DNA of 32,000 bases from Nitrosomonadaceae bacterium (GCA_965248035.1 OZ252054.1:2084371-2116370); one strand, 5' to 3'; shown: positions 1 to 8,198, counted from the first letter of the stretch. The notes: generated from the sequence alone by a model not told the origin. Translations and numbers: made by a program.

Positions 1-171
1 ATCCACTCCGCGCGCTTATTCGCGCCAGCCGATAACCCGCAGGAAATTGTGATGATCGTCAGCGAGGAAGAGGCGAATCACTTGTTTGATTATTTGCTAA
101 AAGAAGATGTGCGGCTTTTCTACGTCAAGACGCCAGTCGAATTTGGCATGCTGGGTAAGCCAGACCAATGA
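1..171 (+). CDS. 3' end of an unidentified CDS entering from the left edge (...EIVMIVSEEEANHLFDYLLKEDVRLFYVKTPVEFGMLGKPDQ*)
   Basis: My own translation: frame 1 is open from base 1 to TGA at 169-171. It is absent from the ORF track because there is no start codon in the window. No family recognised. Confidence 0.4.
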   Translation: MHSARLFAPADNPQEIVMIVSEEEANHLFDYLLKEDVRLFYVKTPVEFGMLGKPDQ

Positions 172-263
172 CCAACAACTTTGCTCGACTTCACCGATGT
201 GACCAAAATACTTTAAAATCCTACTTACACTAGTTAAAAACGGTAACGACCTGAAGGGGTGTT

Positions 264-295
264 GAACGTCCGCTTTTGGCACAAAGCGGACATTC
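264..295. repeat. Palindromic intergenic repeat, copy 1 (gaacGTCCGCTTTtggcacAAAGCGGACattc)
   Basis: Perfect 9-bp stem 268-276/283-291 with a 6-nt loop. The same core recurs at 1328, 2724, 4503, 8938 and 10672. Confidence 0.8.
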
Positions 296-444
296 TAATT
301 CAATGGATAACAATAGCTTCCTTTCACCTGTCAGCACTATTCTGCCGAGAACTCTTACGCTCTAACAATGTTGAACAAAGGGTATAATGGTAATTTAATA
401 AGATAGAAGCCTGGCTCCCATAACACCGTAATACTATTATTGCA

Positions 445-473
445 TTGACCAATAACTCTGTTCAGTGTATATT
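445..473 (+). promoter_or_regulatory. Candidate sigma70 promoter for the CBS gene (TTGACC-17 nt-TATATT)
   Basis: TTGACC at 445-450, a 17-nt spacer, then TATATT at 468-473, about 65 nt upstream of the ATG at 537. Confidence 0.3.
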
Positions 474-536
474 CCTGCGCCGGGATAATCTGAAATTTTC
501 ATCCTTTCAATTAAGTATATTTTTTATCTATCAAAG

Positions 537-1139
537 ATGGAGAACGCCTCAATGCTTGACTACCAACCTCTTTCTGCGTGGCGCCTGACAGGTGCTGTTA
601 CTGTTGCTCGTCCGGTTCCCCCCAAATCTGTAACTCTTGAGTCATCGGCCTTCGATGTGATGACCGACTTACGACATACTCATGCTGCTGTAATTGAGCC
701 GCATGTGTCCATGGAATTTGCTAACTCCTATATGATACGGCGTGGTGTGCGCTCTTTGCTTGTATTGAATAAGGACAAGACTCTTGGAGGTATCATTACC
801 GCAGCTGATATTCTAGGTGAAAAACCAATGCGCTTTGTTCAGGAACGAAGTGTGAAACATAATGAGATCCTAGTCTCGGACATCATGACACCACTCGATC
901 GCTTGGAAATTATTTCCATTGAAGAATTACAACATGCCAGAGTAGGACACATTATTGCCAGTTTTCATGACACCGGACGGCAGCATATCCTGGTGATAGA
1001 AAATAACGCTGAGACCAACCATTCGGTGTGCGGTATTTTTTCGTTTACGCAAATCGAGAGGCAACTCGGCACCACAATCCCTTCAACGAAAGTTGCCGGG
1101 AATTTTGCAGAAATCAAAAAAACGCTGGTCACACATTAA
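537..1139 (+). CDS. Stand-alone CBS-domain pair protein
   Basis: 200-aa ORF. Two CBS-like segments are visible (VMTDL...SLLVLNKDKTLGGIITAADIL and DIMTPL...HILVIEN...VCGIFSFTQI). Alternative start at ATG 552, which has GGAGA 8 nt upstream. Confidence 0.75.
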   Translation: MENASMLDYQPLSAWRLTGAVTVARPVPPKSVTLESSAFDVMTDLRHTHAAVIEPHVSMEFANSYMIRRGVRSLLVLNKDKTLGGIITAADILGEKPMRFVQERSVKHNEILVSDIMTPLDRLEIISIEELQHARVGHIIASFHDTGRQHILVIENNAETNHSVCGIFSFTQIERQLGTTIPSTKVAGNFAEIKKTLVTH

Positions 1140-1327
1140 TGAACGAGTGGTTAGTACGCTCAGCATGCAAACGGCATCAAACCAGGGGCCTTGAGTAGTG
1201 AGTTCTCTATCAAAGAGGAAATTCGGCTAGAAGATGTACACATTAGCTGCGATTCCCGGATAGAACCCTAAATCAAGGAAACGCCAGGATTTTTTGTACT
1301 TAATAAAAGATGCGCTTAGACTATTAC

Positions 1328-1359
1328 GAATGCCCGCTTTTGACCCAAAGCGGACATTC
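1328..1359. repeat. Palindromic intergenic repeat, copy 2 (gaatGCCCGCTTTtgacccAAAGCGGACattc)
   Basis: Same core as copy 1. The flanks (ggggtgtt / cattcNtaat) match copy 1 in the opposite orientation. Confidence 0.8.
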
Positions 1360-1724
1360 AGATAGCACAAAAACACCCCAGGGAAGCGAGGTCTGTGTAA
1401 GTGTTTACAATCGCTAGACGGCAACATTATTTTCTATACTGTCCACACAAACGCAAAGCCCCACTATTAGCAGGGCTTCACTGGATCGCCACATATCACT
1501 GTGGCCTCATCTTGTCGCGTTACCGCAACTTATTATGCCAGCGCATTAGCGCCGACGTTTGGATAAAACTGTTGTGATGTAATGATTTTCGTCTATAGAA
1601 CCCCTCCTCATAAAAAGATTGTGTCTAAAAAAATTGACGGTATGGCGTTCCACTAGTTCCATTTCGGGTCTACGTCAGTGTGGCTCATGGATCACACGTG
1701 CAACTCAAAACCACTCGTCTATTT

Positions 1725-2189
1725 CTAATGAGTTGTTATAGCCTCACCTAGATACATTATCTTAGGACCTCTAACACCAGACCACAAATATGATTTTTCT
1801 CCTAAAGCAAAGAAAACAATCTGTTCAGAACCTGGATTAACAGTCACCCTTATTTCGTCGAGATCCCAGTAGTCATATCGAGACCCCGGTTCGAAACGAA
1901 TGTAGAGTGGACACTTGGGCAGGTTTTCCGTAACTATCTGATATGGGGAGCACGAATCATTGTCATCTAGAGATGTCTCGATATTTGTTTTCTCACCAGA
2001 TACAATTGCTTGGGCTAATCCCGATAATACGATCGTTTGAGCGAGTCCTGGTTGAAAGTCTTTGTCCCTAAACTCGGTAAGATAGAATTCTTTACACCCA
2101 ATACCCAAATAAGCATCGCCATGAGTTCCAGCTGCCATTCCTTGCGCACCTGTTTTAATTAGAACAGATATTTGATTAACGTTAGCCAT
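1725..2189 (-). CDS. Small PLAT/LH2-like beta-sandwich protein (hypothetical)
   Basis: From ORF track entry 1725..2240. I trimmed the start to ATG 2189 (MANVNQ...), because GGAGGAG (complement of 2196-2202) lies 6 nt upstream. ISVLIKTGAQGMAAGTHGDAYLGIG and DYWDLDEIRVTV resemble the PLAT signature (V.V.TG....AGTD..V.I.L ... W.L..V.V). Confidence 0.55.
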   Translation of the reverse strand: MANVNQISVLIKTGAQGMAAGTHGDAYLGIGCKEFYLTEFRDKDFQPGLAQTIVLSGLAQAIVSGEKTNIETSLDDNDSCSPYQIVTENLPKCPLYIRFEPGSRYDYWDLDEIRVTVNPGSEQIVFFALGEKSYLWSGVRGPKIMYLGEAITTH

Positions 2190-2265
2190 TTTAATCTCCT
2201 CCCTTGAAGTGATTAAATGTTCATTAACTACTACCAACATTACCTAATTGCAGGAAGACTGGTAG

Positions 2266-2529
2266 TCAGAATCCTCCTGGTAGCGGAACACCATCTATTT
2301 CCACTTCTGCTTCCAGCCAATCTTGTACTTCATAACCCCCCTCAAAACCACGCCGTGCAGCACGATAATAAGCAGCAATAGCGATCAGTTGTTGACGATC
2401 TAGTCTATTTGCTACACTTTGTGCTTGCTTGGTTGGGACACTTCTGAGGTTTGCTACTGATTTGCTGACAATAGTTCCGGCTGGTCCAACAGGGTCAGGT
2501 TTACTTGCTGTGATTGGTTTCCTTGACAT
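2266..2529 (-). CDS. DUF2934-like small protein
   Basis: 87-aa ORF. The C-terminal IAIAAYYRAARRGFEGGYEVQDWLEAEVEI matches the DUF2934 pattern (A..AY......G...G....DWL.AE.E). It lies 76 nt upstream of the PLAT-like gene on the same strand. Confidence 0.7.
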   Translation of the reverse strand: MSRKPITASKPDPVGPAGTIVSKSVANLRSVPTKQAQSVANRLDRQQLIAIAAYYRAARRGFEGGYEVQDWLEAEVEIDGVPLPGGF

Positions 2530-2723
2530 TATTCCCTCCTAATATTTAGGTAAAACAGGAACTTGGCAACACACACGACCATGGTTTCATTGATGTAGTA
2601 CACCACCAATTATATAGAGTATGTTCGTCATAGAAAATTCATCGGAAAACTACTTTTTTTCTTCCTAGAAAAATCATCAAATTATTTAAGCACTTAAAGT
2701 TAGATGATTCGAGGCCGCTAAAT

Positions 2724-2753
2724 GAATGTCTGTTTTTGGCACTTTACGGAACA
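2724..2753. repeat. Degenerate copy of the palindromic repeat (gaatgtctgtttttggcactttacggaaca)
   Basis: Shares GAATGTC.G.TTTTGGCAC with copy 1. The right arm is decayed. Confidence 0.45.
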
Positions 2754-2911
2754 ATTCGAGATTTGTTAAATCTAAAGTCATACATACTATAACGACTATA
2801 AGGACTTAGCTGGAGTTAGTTGGTGTATATGAGAAGGACAATCCAACGCCTTGTCCTCAAAGCGTTTATAGCCCTGTGCCGTTGTTGGCACCTTCATATA
2901 AGGAGGTAATT

Positions 2912-3073
2912 ATGGACTTAATGACAATTATCATAGCAGTCGCACTAGTCATCGGTCTTTGGTATGTTCTAAGCAAAAGGATTGACGATATTGAAACCGA
3001 TCTTGAAACCTTGAGTAAAGCTACTGGCAAGGAGGATCTCCTAACTAAAATACATAGAACTCAAAACCAATGA
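2912..3073 (+). CDS. Small single-pass membrane protein (53 aa)
   Basis: ATG 2912 is preceded by AGGAGG (2901-2906) with 5-nt spacing. The hydrophobic MDLMTIIIAVALVIGLWYVL is followed by a charged tail. The upstream GTG start in the ORF track is unlikely. Confidence 0.5.
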   Translation: MDLMTIIIAVALVIGLWYVLSKRIDDIETDLETLSKATGKEDLLTKIHRTQNQ

Positions 3074-3080
3074 CTCAATT

Positions 3081-3130
3081 AGCCGATGTTCTTGCGACTC
3101 ATGTGTTTGTCCGGTGCATCGGCTTCTTTT
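3081..3130 (+). terminator. Possible rho-independent terminator
   Basis: AGCCGATG (3081-3088) pairs with CATCGGCT (3117-3124), followed by TCTTTT. The 28-nt loop is long. Confidence 0.3.
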
Positions 3131-3198
3131 AGTTGTGGCGTAATACGCTTTTGTTCGATTAGTGAACGCCACGAACGCACTACCTATAGGAGGACATC

Positions 3199-3489
3199 AT
3201 GGCAACGTACATTAGCCTTATGAGCTTTACTGACCAAGGAATCCGGAAAGTTAAAGACTCGCCTGTTCGTTTCAAGGCATTTCGATCGATGGCTGAAAAA
3301 GTAGGTGTAACGATCAAGAGCGTCTACTGGACAGTAGGGAATTACGACATCGTGATGATTTTGGAAGGACCTGAAGAAGCCGTTACTTCTGCTCTTCTAA
3401 AGGGTGGCTCGCTCGGGAATGTCCGCTCGCAAACACTGCGCGCTTTCAATGTGGACGAAATGAAGCGAATGCTCTCGAAAATACCTTGA
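3199..3489 (+). CDS. GYD-domain protein
   Basis: 96 aa. MATYISLMSFTDQG...GNYDIVMILEGPEE...A matches the GYD family pattern. AGGAGG lies upstream. Confidence 0.8.
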   Translation: MATYISLMSFTDQGIRKVKDSPVRFKAFRSMAEKVGVTIKSVYWTVGNYDIVMILEGPEEAVTSALLKGGSLGNVRSQTLRAFNVDEMKRMLSKIP

Positions 3490-3529
3490 TGTATTTTAGG
3501 GGATAAGAAGCCGACCAAATGACACGATA

Positions 3530-3640
3530 GTGCTGAACGAGATTGGCCTGTTCGGTTTTGTTGCAATGATGATATTTCTTAGTATTCTCATCATTGGTTT
3601 CATTTACGAATGGATGAAGGGAGCATTGGAGTGGGACTAA
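3530..3640 (+). pseudogene. nuoA: 3' fragment of nuoA (last ~36 codons only)
   Basis: My translation of frame 2 gives [36 protein letters not shown], the conserved NuoA C-terminus. The frame opens only at 3500, after a TAG, and the sequence before 3530 is not NuoA-like. The stop is 4 nt before the nuoB ATG, as in nuo operons. Confidence 0.75.
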
Positions 3641-3644
3641 TGGT

Positions 3645-4124
3645 ATGAGTATTGAAGGTGTACTTGAAAAAGGTTTTGTTACCACCAGTCTGGATAAGAT
3701 CATTAATTGGGGGCGGACTGGTTCTATGTGGCCGATGTCTTTTGGACTTGCTTGCTGCGCAGTAGAAATGATGCAAGCTGCTGCATCGCGCTATGACCTA
3801 GACCGTTTTGGCGTTGTGTTTCGTCCCAGCCCACGTCAATCAGATGTAATGATAGTTTCTGGTACCTTGTGTAACAAAATGGCTCCCGCATTGCGCAAGG
3901 TTTATGATCAGATGGCCGAACCGCGATGGGTAATTTCCATGGGATCTTGCGCCAACGGGGGTGGTCCTTATCACTATTCCTACTCGGTGGTACGTGGTTG
4001 TTGTGACCGTATCGTACCGGTGGACATCTATGTACCCGGTTGCCCGCCGACAGCAGAAGCCCTGCTCTACGGGATTATTCAGCTGCAGAATAAAATCAAG
4101 CGCACCAACACCATCGCCTGCTGA
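3645..4124 (+). CDS. nuoB: NADH-quinone oxidoreductase subunit B paralog, isolated from any nuo operon
   Basis: 159 aa. It carries the full NuoB signature: [29 protein letters not shown] and [11 protein letters not shown]. Unusual residues are Pro108 (3966-3968) and a Cys-Cys doublet (3999-4004). Confidence 0.85.
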   Translation: MSIEGVLEKGFVTTSLDKIINWGRTGSMWPMSFGLACCAVEMMQAAASRYDLDRFGVVFRPSPRQSDVMIVSGTLCNKMAPALRKVYDQMAEPRWVISMGSCANGGGPYHYSYSVVRGCCDRIVPVDIYVPGCPPTAEALLYGIIQLQNKIKRTNTIAC

Positions 4125-4134
4125 GGCAATAATT

Positions 4135-4203
4135 ATGTCGTTCTCTCGCTTGGAAACGCTCTGTCTTTACAGAACCCAAATTTTTCACCATTATTTTTTT
4201 AGT
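4135..4203 (+). pseudogene. nuoC: 5' remnant of nuoC (about 9 NuoC-like codons, then unrelated sequence and a stop)
   Basis: ATG 4135 lies 10 nt after the nuoB stop. MSFSRLETL resembles NuoC N-termini. The frame ends after 22 codons and overlaps the convergent gene 4191..4412. Confidence 0.4.
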
Positions 4204-4412
4204 TCGGAGCAAGTAATCATTTTGCCGTCGGTTTGATCCTTGACTTGTTCGCCTGGCTTTTTGTTCTTGCAGGCCATCTCATTCAGAATTTTCTGAGCAA
4301 GCTTAGCCTTTATCGCCATTTCTGCTGTAGATTCACCTGAACTACCGGAAATGGCGGTTGAATTAATCATAAATAATGCAACAGCAGTAGTGACGAGTAA
4401 TAATTTGTTCAT
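4191..4412 (-). CDS. Small secreted protein (73 aa)
   Basis: Signal-peptide-like MNKLLLVTTAVALFMINSTA. GGAGAA lies 7 nt upstream of the ATG. No family recognised. Confidence 0.55.
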   Translation of the reverse strand: MNKLLLVTTAVALFMINSTAISGSSGESTAEMAIKAKLAQKILNEMACKNKKPGEQVKDQTDGKMITCSELKK

Positions 4413-4502
4413 TTTAGTTTCTCCTTTTCTATTTTATTTAGATTGGTTCTAGAGAGATTAGTTTCTATTTCATTGAACGAGTTTAGGTATGTGGTCACTG
4501 CT

Positions 4503-4524
4503 GAATGTCCGCGCTGGACAAAGG
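4503..4524. repeat. Half or degenerate copy of the palindromic repeat (GAATGTCCGCgctggacaaagg)
   Basis: The left arm GAATGTCCGC is identical to the family core. The right arm is rearranged. Confidence 0.35.
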
Positions 4525-4542
4525 AAACACTTAGCCGAGTAG

Positions 4543-4869
4543 ATGAATATGCTTATGTCATATTTTTGCTATCACCATATTTCTACATGCCCACACAAGA
4601 GCAATGACCGCCAACAGCTTATTCTGGAAGATGCAAAGGAACGTCTCCTAAAAAATCATACCATGGAGGAAATAGCTCAATTCCACGAAATATCCAAGCG
4701 CACGTTAAACATTCGGTTAATGGCGTTAGGTGAGGAATACCAAGAGTTACGGAGAGTTTGGATCGATAACATGCTGACAGAATCATTAGAAGAAATAGAT
4801 AACGCAACAGATCACTTTCCCCTTCGCGCGCGCGAATTCAAAGTGGAAAGCTGTGAGTTTGATCGCTGA
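4543..4869 (+). CDS. Hypothetical protein with a possible HTH (TMEEIAQFHEISKRTLNIRL)
   Basis: 108-aa ORF with an odd Cys/His-rich N-terminus and no clear RBS. The true start may be the internal Met 41. It could be a gene remnant. Confidence 0.35.
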   Translation: MNMLMSYFCYHHISTCPHKSNDRQQLILEDAKERLLKNHTMEEIAQFHEISKRTLNIRLMALGEEYQELRRVWIDNMLTESLEEIDNATDHFPLRAREFKVESCEFDR

Positions 4870-4922
4870 AAGAAGAAATCAACAACGATATGACGGTCAT
4901 CGGGTAGACTAGGAGGCATAGC

Positions 4923-5057
4923 GTGTCTACCGAAGAAGCGCTTGGCGAGGAGGCTAGGGATTTATTAGCGCATCTTGTGAAAGGATACTTTACAATATCT
5001 AAGCACTACGCTCCCCCGCCAAATTATGGAATAGTATTGCTGTCATTGTTGGATTAA
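4923..5057 (+). CDS. Possible 44-aa small ORF
   Basis: GTG 4923 is preceded by a perfect AGGAGG (4911-4916) with 6-nt spacing. My translation is VSTEEALGEEARDLLAHLVKGYFTISKHYAPPPNYGIVLLSLLD*. It falls below the ORF-track size cutoff. Confidence 0.25.
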   Translation: MSTEEALGEEARDLLAHLVKGYFTISKHYAPPPNYGIVLLSLLD

Positions 5058-5085
5058 TTATCCTGGCTTCGAATAATTAAAGCTG

Positions 5086-5490
5086 TTAGTCCTTAGAAAT
5101 AGGCTTTAGAACCCCGCTCCCGCTACTATCTCTGATATATACAGGCTTACTGTAATCTGGTGAGTCGGTACCTAGATGAGTTAGATAAGCTTTGTTTCCT
5201 TTCCACACAATACCAGGCTTTGAACGATCAATATTGTTAGTCCCTAAATGGATAGGCCTTAGAATCCCGTTACTATCTTTAACATATGCAGGCTTAGTGT
5301 AATCTCTAGTCTTAGTTCCCGGATGAGTTTGATAAGCTTTGTCTCCGTCGATCACAATGCCAGGCTTTAAACGATCAGTACTGTTAGTCCCCTGACGCAT
5401 CGGGGGAGGTTCTGACATGGGGGAAAGTTTTGATTGAGCAGATACGTTAAACGAAGTAAGAAGTAAAGCGGCAAAAAATAAGTTTTTCAT
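5086..5490 (-). CDS. Secreted protein built from two ~49-aa tandem repeats
   Basis: Signal peptide MKNLFFAALLLTSFNVSAQ. The repeat units are GTNSTDRLKPGIVIDGDKAYQTHPGTKTRDYTKPAYVKDSNGILRPI and GTNNIDRSKPGIVWKGNKAYLTHLGTDSPDYSKPVYIRDSSGSGVLKPI. Confidence 0.7.
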   Translation of the reverse strand: MKNLFFAALLLTSFNVSAQSKLSPMSEPPPMRQGTNSTDRLKPGIVIDGDKAYQTHPGTKTRDYTKPAYVKDSNGILRPIHLGTNNIDRSKPGIVWKGNKAYLTHLGTDSPDYSKPVYIRDSSGSGVLKPISKD

Positions 5491-5511
5491 GTCTTGTTCC
5501 CCATTCGTCCA

Positions 5512-5892
5512 TCACTTCCCACAGGCGAATTTCCAAAGCAGCTCACTAGTAGTACGCGGCGATACGGGCAGCCAGGGTCTGTTACCTATAATACCAACGT
5601 ATTTACCCACACCCATATTCTTAGAGTGGAGAGTTTTAATAGTTGCCCGACTTTGTTTTCCCTTGCAGTCGTATTTTCTTACCCCTAATTTGGACATATA
5701 CGGCTTACTAGCATTCGTCTGAATCGTCTTATAGTCAGTCAGAACCCACATACGCACTATGTTGCCTGTTTTTTGAATAGTGGCAGGGTCAGCGTAGAAG
5801 GTATCCGTTTCATTACTTTCAATCTCAACCCATTCTGCCATCACATTGCTACTTGCAGTAATCAGCATTAAAGTTAACAGTAGTTTTTTCAT
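5512..5892 (-). CDS. Surface-adhesin-E-like (Adhesin_E family) secreted protein
   Basis: Signal peptide followed by W.E.......FY.D..TI.K.G..V.MW.L.DY........Y.S......YDC......TI....S.NMG.G........W..V.P.....L....C, which matches the Adhesin_E pattern from memory. It lies 21 nt upstream of 5086..5490, so the two are likely an operon. Confidence 0.75.
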   Translation of the reverse strand: MKKLLLTLMLITASSNVMAEWVEIESNETDTFYADPATIQKTGNIVRMWVLTDYKTIQTNASKPYMSKLGVRKYDCKGKQSRATIKTLHSKNMGVGKYVGIIGNRPWLPVSPRTTSELLWKFACGK

Positions 5893-6035
5893 GTAGCATT
5901 CTCCCCCCTACACCTAAAAAGGTTGGGATAATTTGAGTGAATGCGCCTGATCATGTTAACGTGATAGCCAAGAGCCAAAGAATATCTGCAACATCGAGCG
6001 CATCTAGTAAAATCAACATGAGGAATAATAATACT

Positions 6036-6374
6036 ATGAGCAATCCAATCAAAACCACTAACAAAACAGTTCTGACTATGTTTTTTGCTGCTGTATCGTT
6101 GTTGATTCTCGCGAGTTGTTCTTCGATGCGCACAGGCTCCAACGAATTAAAGGCCAAGGTGGTCAAACCATTACCAGATACTGCCTTTATAGAGCATCCA
6201 GAACGCCAGAGCAAACGTGCCGACCTGCCATTCCAGAAAGTCTGGATCGCGCCCGGTTTCGTGAAAAGCGCTTACCGAGAACTACTCGTCGCGCCGGTGA
6301 ATACTCAATACATGTTTGATATGGATTGGCTGCATCAAATAAGCTCGGCAAATTGGCTCGGTAATGTAAAAAAA
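6036..6374 (+). pseudogene. 5' part of a lipoprotein gene (DUF3313-like) interrupted by an IS element
   Basis: Lipobox LLILASC follows a hydrophobic N-terminus (MSNPIKTTNKTVLTMFFAAVSLLILASCSS). Family-like sequence stops at ...ANWLGNVKK at the IS boundary. The reading frame then runs into IS sequence and terminates. Confidence 0.7.
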
Positions 6375-6388
6375 GGGAACTATATACT

Positions 6389-6415
6389 TTACACCGGAAA
6401 ATATTGTGGTATAAT
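6389..6415 (+). promoter_or_regulatory. Candidate transposase promoter inside the left IS end (TTACAC-15 nt-TGgTATAAT)
   Basis: TTACAC at 6389-6394 and an extended -10, TGgTATAAT, at 6407-6415. GAGGAGG RBS precedes ATG 6441. Confidence 0.4.
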
Positions 6416-6440
6416 TCTCTTATCATGAGAGGAGGATGCC

Positions 6441-7335
6441 ATGCCTTATAAGATCAATACTGCAATCAGTGTCTACCAGTTGATGGAAATGTTTCCTGAC
6501 GAGGAAACCGCACGACAGTACCTTGAGGATCGTTGCTGGAAATATGGTGTGTCTTGCCCGACATGTCAAAGCCTATCGGTCTATACAAGATTGGGAAAAC
6601 GAAAAGGGATGTATGACTGTCGAGGATGCGGCAAGCATTTTAGTGTTCGGACCGGTTCCATTTTTGAAAAATCACACATTCGACTTCACAAATGGCTCTA
6701 TGCCATTTACACCGTCATGACTTCTCGAAAGAGCATTAGCGCTATGCAATTAAGCAAAGAAATTGGGGTCACGTATAAGTCCGCCTGGTTTGCGTTGCAT
6801 CGGATTCGAGAGGCTTGCCGTGGCGATCTTACCCGTCTCTCAGGAATCGTAGAAATCGACGAAACGTATGTGGGCGGGAAAGAACGGAACAAGCACTGGA
6901 AGAAAGGGGATAAACCGAAAGCCGGGACAGTTGGCAAACAACCCGTCCTCGGCATGAGGGAGCGTGGTGGCAAGACCGTGGCCCTGCCAGTGCCTGCGAC
7001 GGATCGGCTTACGCTGTGGACGGAGATTCAAGAGGCGATAGAAATAGGCAGCACGCTCTATACGGATGACCATGCCGCCTATCGAGGCATTGAGCGTAAA
7101 GGCTATCAGCACCAAGCCGTAAACCATTGGCATTGAGAGCGTTTGGGCGGTCTTAAAACGTGGACTGAACGGCACATTCCATCAAGTATCCGTCAAGCAT
7201 TTATCGCGTTATATTCATGAATTTTCGTTCAGGCTCAATGAAGGACGTTGTGGCCGGGAGACCATGCACCGCATTGAAAGCGTCTGTGATGCGGCCATTG
7301 GCAAACGCTTAACGTATCAGGGGCTTGTCCAATGA
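6441..7335 (+). pseudogene. IS1595/ISXO2-like transposase, disrupted by an internal deletion plus frameshift near 7130
   Basis: Frame 3 (6441-7136) has the zinc-ribbon CPTCQS...CRGCGKHF and VEIDETYVGGKERNKH, then ends at ...HQAVNHWH*. My translation of frame 1 (7132-7335) continues IESVWAVLKRGLNGTFHQVSVKHLSRYIHEFSFRLNEG..., the conserved C-terminal block. The roughly 14 residues normally found between VNH and IES are missing. Confidence 0.8.
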
Positions 7336-8198
7336 GCGCCGTAGGGACCGGCCTCTTGGATTCGGCTGTGGATGTGCTTTTTGCTCACTCCCCACTCGTT
7401 CACCGCTTGATCCAGGGAGACGCCACACTCCGTGCTTCGATCACGAGAGAAAGCGTGGATTTAATTGTGACCTCTCCCCCCTATAACGTTGGCAAAGCAT
7501 ATTCTGGTGCCCAACAAGATGATTCATTGCCCTACGACGCCTATTTGAACTTTTCTAAACAGTGGCTGACGAATTGTTTTCATTGGACGAAATCGACCGG
7601 TCGCTTATGCGTCAATGTCTCGCTGGATAAAAACAAGAATGGCAAGCAACCGCTTTCAGCAGACATCACGCGATTAGCAATGGAGGCCGGGTGGTGCTAT
7701 CATGCGACTATTCTGTGGAATGAAGGCAATATCTCCCGTCGCACGGCATGGGGGAGTTGGAAGTCAGCCAGCGCCCCTCATGTCATTGCCCCTGTGGAAA
7801 CCATTATTGTGCTCTATAAAGATACGTGGAAACGTGAGCGCCCTGGAAACAACGATATTAGCGCCGAGGAATTTAAGGAATGGTCGTTGGGGTCATGGTC
7901 ATTCAATGGAGAGAGCAGGAAACGGATTGGTCATGAGGCCCCATTTCCAAGAGAACTGCCGAAACGCTGCATCAAGATATTCTCGTTTATCGGGGACACG
8001 GTGTTTGATCCGTTTGTCGGATCGGGCACTACTATGATAGAAGCGATCCGACATGGTCGGCAAGCCATTGGTCTTGAGAAAGAGCCCAAATATTGTGAGC
8101 TGACCAGAGATCGGATTTTCAAGGAATGCAATCTCTCATTGAGGAAATCCTTACCGATAAGGCAGGGAAAATCTACTGCGCCGTGTTGGAGCAGTTAA
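7332..8198 (+). CDS. Beta-class N4/N6 DNA methyltransferase (SPPY motif IV, probably m4C), orphan
   Basis: 288 aa. Motif IV DLIVTSPPYNVGKAY (N-terminal) precedes motif I FDPFVGSGTTMIEA (C-terminal), which is the beta-class order. The start ATG overlaps the stop of the transposase tail (caATGAgc, 7332-7335). No endonuclease-sized ORF is adjacent. Confidence 0.85.
   Translation: MSAVGTGLLDSAVDVLFAHSPLVHRLIQGDATLRASITRESVDLIVTSPPYNVGKAYSGAQQDDSLPYDAYLNFSKQWLTNCFHWTKSTGRLCVNVSLDKNKNGKQPLSADITRLAMEAGWCYHATILWNEGNISRRTAWGSWKSASAPHVIAPVETIIVLYKDTWKRERPGNNDISAEEFKEWSLGSWSFNGESRKRIGHEAPFPRELPKRCIKIFSFIGDTVFDPFVGSGTTMIEAIRHGRQAIGLEKEPKYCELTRDRIFKECNLSLRKSLPIRQGKSTAPCWSS

Noticed and set aside
97-282. 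61-aa minus-strand ORF from the ORF track (also 1227..1427)
   Set aside because: Both ORFs run through copies of the palindromic repeat (translations contain PKADV and NVRFGSKAG). They lack an RBS. 97..282 also overlaps the better-supported 3' end of the plus-strand CDS at 1-171. They are artefacts of the repeat.
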